From Candidatus Falkowbacteria bacterium (lineage in GTDB: Bacteria; Patescibacteriota; Patescibacteriia; Patescibacteriales; GWE2-39-37): DNA of 64,000 bases. Positions within the stretch are counted from its first letter, which is position 1. Every line of letters begins with the position of its first letter. This document shows positions 52,728-60,154 of this stretch, one piece after another. The stretch covers positions 66,698 to 130,697 of the forward strand of contig JAAXUA010000003.1 of assembly GCA_013336275.1 (NCBI GenBank), given 5' to 3'. The notes beneath the pieces are model-generated. The model did not search any database and was not told where the DNA came from. It was given only the letters and a program-made list of their open reading frames with translations. The position numbers and the translations under genes were made by a program.

Positions 52728-52765
52728 CTAAATATAGCGCTTGTGCCATGTGGTGTCAAGAAAAT

Positions 52766-52795
52766 AAAAAGGCGGCCTCTAGGGCCGCCTTTTTA
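52766..52795 (-). terminator. Terminator after the DsbA-like gene
   Basis: GGCGGCC-TCTAG-GGCCGCC with flanking A and T runs. Confidence 0.7.
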
Positions 52796-52808
52796 TTTTT
52801 TAAGAGGA

Positions 52809-53552
52809 TTATTTCAATTCGGCTTTGATCATGCCTTCAATTGTCGAGTATGGCACAGCGCCAGGGATGGATTTTCCATTAATGAAACTGCCAGGAGTTC
52901 CCCTTACTCCCAGACCCTGGCCTTCTTGCAAGTCCGCGCTTACCTTGGCGGCCATTTTACCAGAAGACAAACAGGCGTCGAATTTGCCAGTGTTAAGTCC
53001 GAGCTCTTTTGCAGCGGTCGCTAGGTATTCAGCGCTTAGACTGCTTTGATTGGCGTAAAGCTTGTCGGTGTACTCCCAGAACTTGCCTTGCTCGCCAGCG
53101 CACTCAGTCGCCTCGGCCGCTTTTCTGGCCATCGGATGGATGGAGTCAAGCGGGAAGTGGCGAAAGATCCAGCGCACGTCCTTTGAATAATTTTTCATGA
53201 CCTGAAGCATGGTATCGTGGTAGCGGGTACAGAAAGGGCACTGGATGTCGGAATATTCAACGATGGTTATTTTGGCATTCTTATTGCCGCGAATGTGGTC
53301 GTCCTTGGCAATCTTGATATCGACCTTAGCGCCAGCATCTGCGCTTGGCTGCGCTTTTGCGCCGGAGTCGTCATTCTTGACGATTGGAGCGGGGTCGTCA
53401 CTACCGGCATCGAAACTGCCGTCAGAAAATTGGGCTTTCAGATAAAGGCCCAAAAACAGCAAGAAGCCTATAAAGGAGATGGCGGCAGCGCCACTCACCA
53501 AACCGAGAATGAAGCTGGTTTTTGAACGGATGAGTTTTTCTTGGCCTAACAT
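52809..53552 (-). CDS. Membrane-anchored DsbA-family thiol:disulfide oxidoreductase
   Basis: N-terminal TM helix, a low-complexity linker, and a thioredoxin fold with CPFC. Confidence 0.8.
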   Translation of the reverse strand: MLGQEKLIRSKTSFILGLVSGAAAISFIGFLLFLGLYLKAQFSDGSFDAGSDDPAPIVKNDDSGAKAQPSADAGAKVDIKIAKDDHIRGNKNAKITIVEYSDIQCPFCTRYHDTMLQVMKNYSKDVRWIFRHFPLDSIHPMARKAAEATECAGEQGKFWEYTDKLYANQSSLSAEYLATAAKELGLNTGKFDACLSSGKMAAKVSADLQEGQGLGVRGTPGSFINGKSIPGAVPYSTIEGMIKAELK

Positions 53553-53571
53553 AATATGATGTTAATGATTT

Positions 53572-53916
53572 TTAAGCGTAGTAATGTGGCTTGTGGACGC
53601 AGCGGTCGCAGTATTCGATCCAGGGTTCGCGGCGCAAATCCTCTTCTTTTATTTCCGCACCGCACTCGATGCAGCGGCCATATGTTCCGTCCTTGAGACG
53701 GCCGATGGCGTCTTCGATGCGACCCAGGATTTCCCGGTGGACCTTGACCAAAGACTCTTCGATGATGTCTTCTGTGGCATCATGCGCCAGGTCTTCGGCG
53801 CTAGGGTTGTCCATGGTTTCTTCGGGAGTGGTTAATTTGGCGATTTCTTGTTCGACCGCAGCCCGTTCCTCCTCTAAGCGCTGGGTCAGTTCTCTGATAA
53901 GTGAATCACTGTACAT
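53572..53916 (-). CDS. DksA/TraR family C4 zinc-finger protein
   Basis: Coiled-coil N-terminus and CIECGAEI...YCDRC. Confidence 0.8.
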   Translation of the reverse strand: MYSDSLIRELTQRLEEERAAVEQEIAKLTTPEETMDNPSAEDLAHDATEDIIEESLVKVHREILGRIEDAIGRLKDGTYGRCIECGAEIKEEDLRREPWIEYCDRCVHKPHYYA

Positions 53917-53975
53917 GAGAAAAGCTTAGTTTTTAAGTGGTTTCATTTTAGCACAAGGTTTTTAATAAATAAACC

Positions 53976-54491
53976 CTAGCGTTTATACAGATAGATAGAT
54001 GCCTTTTGGGGTTCTGGCCGGCTTATTTTATCAGGAGTCCAGCCTTCAATGGCGAAGGCATATGAGATTACCCTAGCCCCGGCCTTGAGTTCGCGTTCGA
54101 GCTTCGGGCGCAGCTTGCTCTTGAGCTTGTCTGGTATTCCGAAGACATAGACAACATCGTAGCCAGCCAAAGAGTGCTTGAATAAATCCCCCCAAAGGTA
54201 GTTTATGTTCCGGCGGCCACCGAAAAACTGGGTGGTTAAGCACCAGAAGTAGAAAGGCAGCGCAAGCTCGATACCGTAAATGTCGGCTTGGCAGTTCGCG
54301 GCCGCATAGCGGGGCACGGTGCCGGTGCCGCAGCCGAGATCGATGAACCTATCACCAGGCTTCAGCTCAGCAAGCTCTAGAATCCTAGGAAGATCATGCT
54401 TGCGCGTAGGCACCCAAACAATCAAAGACAAGGACGCTGCGGCAACTGAAAGGAGTGGGATGAAAATCAGAAAAAAGATGAACCAGATCAT
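53976..54491 (-). CDS. Membrane-anchored class I SAM-dependent methyltransferase
   Basis: N-terminal TM helix, then motif I FIDLGCGTGTV. The ATG at 54491 is preferred because it avoids overlap with the upstream stop at 54497. Confidence 0.7.
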   Translation of the reverse strand: MIWFIFFLIFIPLLSVAAASLSLIVWVPTRKHDLPRILELAELKPGDRFIDLGCGTGTVPRYAAANCQADIYGIELALPFYFWCLTTQFFGGRRNINYLWGDLFKHSLAGYDVVYVFGIPDKLKSKLRPKLERELKAGARVISYAFAIEGWTPDKISRPEPQKASIYLYKR

Positions 54492-54496
54492 TTTAT

Positions 54497-55771
54497 TTAT
54501 TTGGGCACAGCCTCTGTGCAGAGAGTGTCTTCGTCGCAAGAGTAGGGCTCATAGCAGTAAAAGAACCGCTCATCTTTACAGCAGGCAGCATTGCGGTAGC
54601 CGCAGGGAGCCCGCTTGATGAAGACTTGGGTGATGATGAAATAATCCTTGATTTGGGCCACGCCCATGCCGGCTTCGTCATATTCTCCGTTAAGAATGTT
54701 GCGGCGGTGTCCGGGGCTGTTCATCCAGCCGGTAACGGCTTTTTGTTCAACTTCTTCGATGCTGTAATAGGTCGTTTCAAGGACCGTGATGACAGGAGAA
54801 TTTTCCAGCAGCCCCTCGCGGCGCTTAATTTCTGCCTTTAAGGTTTTGATTTTTTCTTCAGTGCTTGTGGCTTGATGGACCCTTTTATCATATTCGCTGT
54901 TGGACTGCACTTGTTCTCCTTGGCAGTCTTGTTCCTGGATACCAGTGCTTTCATAGGTCCCGTCCTTGATGTGGGGAGTCAGGGCGATGTTTTCGGCGCT
55001 GCCGCTGAAGTAATAGATTCCCTTGCTATTGAGCCGCTCACTTTGGTAAATGCCGAAATTCTGTCCCTCATGGTGGATGAAGGGGTAGCTGCAAAGGCGG
55101 ATGCTGCTGATAAGAAATTTGTTTTCATCGGCTTGATTCTGGCTGTGCTCACGTGCAACTGCGGCCACTTCATCGTTCCATGCAAGAGCAGACAAGCCGT
55201 TTTTTGTGCGCTCCTTGTTGATAAGCGCATGGATTTCCTTTTCCATTTTCCCAAGCAAATTTGATGGGTTCTGCGGAGTCGTAGTTCCTTGGGGTGGCTG
55301 TGGCGAGGTGGGTTGGGCAGTGAATCCCAGCGGGAGCTTGTTTATTTCACGATCGGTAATGCCAAGACCTAGACGGCGCATCACGTTGAAGGCATCGGCA
55401 GGACGGCCGAGGAAGTTGAGCGAAAGGTTGCCTGGGTAAACATAATAGGCCTCGCCTGATTTTTGTGTCCGTATAAGAATTCTGCCAGAAAGGCGTTTTT
55501 TTGAAACGGAGTTCAGTCCATTGAAATCTTTTTCACTGATACCCAGCCCCAGCTGGCGCATGACGGAAAAGGCATCAGCGGGGCGACCGAGAAAATATCG
55601 GCGGTCATCGACTGGGCTGACATACCAAGCCTCACCGTGTTGCTCGACCTGTATCAGAATACGGCCGCGAAGCCTGACGCTTGGCGCTTCAGCTTGAAGC
55701 AATGGCAAAGGCAGGCTTGTCAGCAGAATTATTGAAAGCAGCCATGAAAATTGTAAAAACGTTTTTTTCAT
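54497..55771 (-). CDS. Secreted protein: two GRPADAF repeats + CAP/SCP (YkwD-like) domain with a large insertion + Cys-rich C-terminus
   Basis: Signal peptide and repeats at aa 36-78 and 96-138. CAP motifs are LAWNDEVAAVAREHS and GWMNSPGHRRNIL. The tail is CGYRNAACCKDERFFYCYEPYSCDEDTLC. Confidence 0.75.
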   Translation of the reverse strand: MKKTFLQFSWLLSIILLTSLPLPLLQAEAPSVRLRGRILIQVEQHGEAWYVSPVDDRRYFLGRPADAFSVMRQLGLGISEKDFNGLNSVSKKRLSGRILIRTQKSGEAYYVYPGNLSLNFLGRPADAFNVMRRLGLGITDREINKLPLGFTAQPTSPQPPQGTTTPQNPSNLLGKMEKEIHALINKERTKNGLSALAWNDEVAAVAREHSQNQADENKFLISSIRLCSYPFIHHEGQNFGIYQSERLNSKGIYYFSGSAENIALTPHIKDGTYESTGIQEQDCQGEQVQSNSEYDKRVHQATSTEEKIKTLKAEIKRREGLLENSPVITVLETTYYSIEEVEQKAVTGWMNSPGHRRNILNGEYDEAGMGVAQIKDYFIITQVFIKRAPCGYRNAACCKDERFFYCYEPYSCDEDTLCTEAVPK

Positions 55772-56148
55772 ATATAATTTTCGAAAACGGACAGTCTTTA
55801 AAATTTATTCCAAGGCCGGGCGGATTTCGAGAATGACGAATTGTGGCGAGCGGATTTTTGAGAATACGGTGTTTTTGCCCAGATAGATAAGGCTCGTATA
55901 TTGATAGCGATTACGACACCCATGATCAGATAACAGCTTAGCGGTTGTAAGTTAGCTTCTAATATTAGCCAAAGAGATAAAAAAAGCAACAATAAACTAA
56001 GCGGTAGTTGGTTGGAAATGTTATTGACCAAGTCGCTGATCAGTCTGAAAAAAAACATAATCTTAGATTAAGGGCATATTCATTATATAGTATCTTTCGA
56101 ATTTTGACAGGATAGGTTAGAATTAACTTATTATTTTAAAGATATTGA

Positions 56149-56565
56149 ATGGCAAGCTGGATAAGCTTCGCCCCGGTTAAAAGAAAACCTCCTAGGCGTA
56201 AGCGGCGCGTTACAGCAACCGGTGCGGAATTAAAAAAATATAGGACGCACAGAGAAGAAGCGAGACGGAGGATTTCAGAGCTTTTGATTAGGGTGAGTAG
56301 CCACTACGGCCTCAAGTATGGGCGGGTGGCGATTAGGAATCAGCGCCGGTCGTGGGGCAGTTGTTCGCAGGCCGGAAACCTCAACTTCAACTATCGGATA
56401 CTTTTTTTGCCCGAGCATCTCCAAGAATATATTGTTGCTCATGAGTTGTGCCACCTTAAGGAGTTCAATCACGGTCCGTTCTTTTGGAAGCACGTCTCAT
56501 CGTATGTGCCGAGCTATAAGAAAATAAGAAAAGAATTAAAAACAATACCAATTTCTTCAATATGA
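56149..56565 (+). CDS. DUF45/YgjP-like (M48-related) zinc metallopeptidase
   Basis: HELCHLKEFNHGPFFW motif and a basic N-terminus. Confidence 0.8.
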   Translation: MASWISFAPVKRKPPRRKRRVTATGAELKKYRTHREEARRRISELLIRVSSHYGLKYGRVAIRNQRRSWGSCSQAGNLNFNYRILFLPEHLQEYIVAHELCHLKEFNHGPFFWKHVSSYVPSYKKIRKELKTIPISSI

Positions 56566-57203
56566 TCAAACTTTTACTAGAGCACATAGCGACGTGGGTT
56601 ACCGGCCTTATAAGCGCATACGGAGGCTGGTCCATTTTCGGATTGATGGCCGCCGAATCGGCAAATATACCGATTCCCTCGGAGGTTATTTTGACTTATG
56701 CGGGCTTTTTGGTGAGCAAGGGCGAATTAAACTTCCACTTGGCAGCTCTAAGTGGCGCGCTTGGCTGTCTTTTTGGGTCGGTTATCTCTTACATAATCGG
56801 TCTTAAGCTTGGTCGGCCGTTTCTGTGGAAGTATGGCAAATGGCTGCTTATCTCGCGGCACGACTTGGTTAAAGCGGAAAAATTTTTGGAAAAATATGGG
56901 ACAGCGACTTATTTTATTTCCAGGCTGCTGCCCGTAATCAGGACCTTTATCTCTTTGGTAATCGGCGTTTCTAAAGGGAGTTTCGTCAAATCAAATCTTT
57001 ATGGCTTTTTTGCTTCTTGGATATGGAGCTACCTCCTTGTTTATGTAGGAGTTAAGCTTGGCGACAACTGGGAGTCCCTAAGGCCTTGGTGGGATAAATT
57101 CAGTTTTGCTATCATTGGATTGATATTACTTGCCGTAGTTTGGCACGTGGTGCGAGTTTTCAGACACGAGCCAGAAGACTCGATTGGTAGTGATAATGTT
57201 TAA
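56562..57203 (+). CDS. DedA family membrane protein
   Basis: ESANIPIPSEVILTYAGFLV and the DedA/SNARE-associated core. It has a 4-nt overlap with the upstream gene. Confidence 0.85.
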   Translation: MIKLLLEHIATWVTGLISAYGGWSIFGLMAAESANIPIPSEVILTYAGFLVSKGELNFHLAALSGALGCLFGSVISYIIGLKLGRPFLWKYGKWLLISRHDLVKAEKFLEKYGTATYFISRLLPVIRTFISLVIGVSKGSFVKSNLYGFFASWIWSYLLVYVGVKLGDNWESLRPWWDKFSFAIIGLILLAVVWHVVRVFRHEPEDSIGSDNV

Positions 57204-57225
57204 TGATTGTTTTGAGTGTATAACA

Positions 57226-57250
57226 AAAACAGCCCATTGGGCTGTTTTTG
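57226..57250. terminator. Bidirectional terminator between DedA and the NRAMP gene
   Basis: AACAGCCCATTGGGCTGTT with flanking A and T runs. Confidence 0.6.
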
Positions 57251-57262
57251 TTAGGCTGCTAT

Positions 57263-58666
57263 TTAGAGGAATAAAGAGTAGATCGTCGCGAGTCCGGCCA
57301 ATACCATCAGGCTGACAACCGCCCAGCCTAGAAATTTATTAATGCCGCCATTGGCATGCTTGCCCATGACCTTTTTATTGCTGCTTATGATGACGATTGG
57401 CGCTAAAACCATCGGCGCCACCAGGCCGTTGGCGACAGCTGAATAAATCAAGGCCTTGATCGGATCGAGGTCGATAAAGTTTAGTGCTAAGCCGACAAAA
57501 ACCGAGATGATGATGACGCCGTAGAATGCCTGGGCGCGGTCCAGCTTGTTATATAGACCTTCCCGCCAGCGGAAGCTTTCAGAGAGAGCATAAGCGACCG
57601 AGCCAGCAAGGACTGGTATGGCCAATAGTCCGGTGCCGATGATGCCTAGCGTAAAAAGGAGGTAGGCGTTATCACCGGCCAAGGGCTTTAGGGCGGCGGC
57701 TGCATCGGCCGCGGTGTTGATGTTGGTGATGCCGCTAGCGAACAGAGTTGCCGAACAGGTAGCGATGATAAAGAACATGACCAGATTGGACAGGAACATG
57801 CCCGACCAGATATCGAGCCTCATCTCTTTGACTTCTTGGTCAGTGGCACCGACACGGTCCTTGATGCGCGTTTTGCCTTGAAGAATCTCTTCTTCGACTT
57901 CTTGGGAGGTCTGCCAAAAGAACAGGTATGGCGAAATGGTTGTTCCGAGGACACCGGTTATCAAAATGATCGATTCTTTGTCCCAGGAAAAAGTCGGCAT
58001 GAAAGTCGACTTCAAGACATCCAGCCAGTTGATTTCGACAAGCATGGCCGTAAAAACATAGGATAAGAGAATCAGTGCCAGCCACTTGAGGTAGCGGGCA
58101 TATTTTTGGTAGGTGGTGAATATTTGTAACCCCAGGGTCAGGCCAGCAAAGGCGAAAACCAATAATCCGAAATTCAGCTCTGGCAGCAAGAGTTGGGTGG
58201 CTTTAGCCATGGCACCTAGGTCGGCGCCGATATTGAAGGTATTGGCGGCAAAAAGCAGGGTCGTCGCAGTATAAAGTACCCAGGGCGGCAAAAATTGTTT
58301 GATATTTGAAGCCAATCCGCGGCCCGTAACCAGTCCGATTCGCGCGCACATCTCTTGGGCGACAGCCATCAAAGGAAAAGTGAATGTAGCCAGCCAAAGC
58401 CATTGGAAGCCATAACGGGCACCCGCCTGGGAGTAGGTGGCAATTCCTGAAGGATCATCATCAGCCGCTCCGGTTGTCAGACCTGGGCCGAGCAAGTGCC
58501 AATACTCAGCCGCTTTTTTTATCGGCTTCTGGTTCGCAAAAATAGAAGCGACTTTTTTTGATCCGTCGATAGTTTTTTCCAAAATGATGGCCGGTTCTTC
58601 AGCGATTCTTTCAACGAGCGGACGTGAGCGGACGATTCTTTTTTTCTTTGTTTCTGATTTTCCCAT
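57263..58666 (-). CDS. NRAMP-family divalent metal cation transporter
   Basis: LGPGLTTGAADDDPSGIATYSQAGA motif and about 11 TM helices. Confidence 0.8.
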   Translation of the reverse strand: MGKSETKKKRIVRSRPLVERIAEEPAIILEKTIDGSKKVASIFANQKPIKKAAEYWHLLGPGLTTGAADDDPSGIATYSQAGARYGFQWLWLATFTFPLMAVAQEMCARIGLVTGRGLASNIKQFLPPWVLYTATTLLFAANTFNIGADLGAMAKATQLLLPELNFGLLVFAFAGLTLGLQIFTTYQKYARYLKWLALILLSYVFTAMLVEINWLDVLKSTFMPTFSWDKESIILITGVLGTTISPYLFFWQTSQEVEEEILQGKTRIKDRVGATDQEVKEMRLDIWSGMFLSNLVMFFIIATCSATLFASGITNINTAADAAAALKPLAGDNAYLLFTLGIIGTGLLAIPVLAGSVAYALSESFRWREGLYNKLDRAQAFYGVIIISVFVGLALNFIDLDPIKALIYSAVANGLVAPMVLAPIVIISSNKKVMGKHANGGINKFLGWAVVSLMVLAGLATIYSLFL

Positions 58667-58752
58667 CCTTGATTTGTTACGGAGTAAGTGGTAACAATAT
58701 TGTACACTAAATCAATTAGCTTAGCCAACGGTTTTGTTCTATAATTATCAGT

Positions 58753-59874
58753 ATGACTAGAGTAATTATCGTCTTGCCATTCCTGTTATTCGCCATCGGC
58801 CTCATCTTCGGTGCGCACTATTTCGTTTATCGGTCAGCGGTGTTTTTTTTCAGGCCATCGCCCTCGGCAAAGCTTTATTTGTCGTGGGTTTTTGTTTTGG
58901 CCGGCTTAAGCTTTCCATTGGCAATGACAATGGTTCATTATTGGGAAAATAGAATCGTCAGATTGTATTATTATCTGTCTGGCGCTAGCCTAGGGCTGGT
59001 TTTGTATTTGATCTTGTCTTTTGCAGCAGTTTGGGCGGTCTATGCGATTTCACTTTATTTTAAAACGGGGATTCCTTTGAGCGTGTTCGGGGTTTCGGCC
59101 CTATTATTGTCATTGGTCATTGCCTTGGGTGGACTTTGGAATGCCTATAATCCTAAGGTGACGAATATCACCATCCCGATGAAGGACCTGCCCTCAGCAT
59201 GGCAGGGTAAGAAAGTTGTACAGCTTTCTGATGTCCATCTGGGGGCCATCTATGGACTTCACTATGTTGATCGGCTGGTCAGGCAGGTCAATGAGCTTGA
59301 CCCGGAGATGATATTTATTACCGGTGACCTTTTCGATGGCATGGATGGAAGATTGGATGAGCTTGGCAAAGGAATCGCCGGCCTCAAGGCAAACAAAGGA
59401 ATTTTCTTTATTACGGGAAATCATGAGACATATCTTGGCGTTGATAAGTCGTTGGAAGCGATTAAAGGTAGCCAGATTAGACATCTCGGAAACGAGGCTG
59501 TGAGCGTTGAAGGCTTGTCGATTGTCGGTATCGATTATCCACGTCGAGGAGAGGGTGATATTTTGGAAAAAGAATTGGAAAAGCTTAGGTTTGTTCGGCC
59601 GGCCATACTTTTGTATCACGAGCCAAGAAAAGTGCCGGAAGTCGCCGCTCTTAGTCTATTCGACCTGATGCTTTCCGGCCACACACACCGCGGCCAGCTT
59701 TGGCCGTTTGAATATATCGTTAAGGGTATTTATGGACCGTTTGCTTATGGTCTGAATCGGATCGGAGATTTTTATAGTTATACTTCTGTCGGCACGGGAA
59801 CATGGGGGCCTCCTATGAGAACCGAAGGAGGCTCTGAAATAACACTTATCACTCTTATTAAAGCCGAGGATTAA
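58753..59874 (+). CDS. Membrane-anchored calcineurin-like metallophosphoesterase
   Basis: Four N-terminal TM helices. Motifs DVHLG, GDLFDG, GNHE and GHTHRGQ. Confidence 0.85.
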   Translation: MTRVIIVLPFLLFAIGLIFGAHYFVYRSAVFFFRPSPSAKLYLSWVFVLAGLSFPLAMTMVHYWENRIVRLYYYLSGASLGLVLYLILSFAAVWAVYAISLYFKTGIPLSVFGVSALLLSLVIALGGLWNAYNPKVTNITIPMKDLPSAWQGKKVVQLSDVHLGAIYGLHYVDRLVRQVNELDPEMIFITGDLFDGMDGRLDELGKGIAGLKANKGIFFITGNHETYLGVDKSLEAIKGSQIRHLGNEAVSVEGLSIVGIDYPRRGEGDILEKELEKLRFVRPAILLYHEPRKVPEVAALSLFDLMLSGHTHRGQLWPFEYIVKGIYGPFAYGLNRIGDFYSYTSVGTGTWGPPMRTEGGSEITLITLIKAED

Positions 59875-59956
59875 CCCGCGGCTTTTTAGTTTGAACGGCT
59901 GCTTATTGCTTGAGCCTTAATTATTTAACTCAATCTAGATCCAGAATCTTGTCATA

Positions 59957-59990
59957 ACAAAAACGCCCATGAAGCCACAGGCGTTTTTGT
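59957..59990 (+). terminator. Terminator hairpin AAACGCC..GGCGTTT + T run
   Basis: A 7-bp stem with a 12-nt loop followed by TTTTTGTTT. Confidence 0.5.
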
Positions 59991-60081
59991 TTCAAATGAT
60001 CAATTTGTTCTGGTCTCCTGCCCGCCCTCCGCGCTAGAGAGCCGTTAGGCAACCGCGCTTGCTAATCATATACTAAGCACC

Positions 60082-60134
60082 CCTTATTAAGTCCTTATTA
60101 AGAGTATTTACATTTGACGCAAAAAGCTTAAGAT
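60082..60134 (+). promoter_or_regulatory. Tandem direct repeats CCTTATTAAG x2 (11-bp period) abutting a candidate promoter (TTTACA-N16-TAAGAT)
   Basis: Repeats lie at 60082-60091 and 60093-60102, the -35 at 60107-60112 and the -10 at 60129-60134. An AAAGAGG RBS precedes the ATG at 60155. Confidence 0.4.
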
Positions 60135-60154
60135 AGAGATAAAGAGGCTAATAT

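Noticed and set aside
46371-53552. Calling the copper region a horizontally acquired island
   Set aside because: There are no flanking tRNA, integrase or direct repeats. By eye its composition does not differ from that of neighbouring housekeeping genes. I cannot compute composition statistics here, so no such claim is made.
55798-56058. 86-aa minus-strand ORF as a real gene
   Set aside because: It has no SD, starts in a poly-T run, has low-complexity hydrophobic sequence, and overlaps a direct-repeat region that may be regulatory. It is kept only as a remark in the findings.
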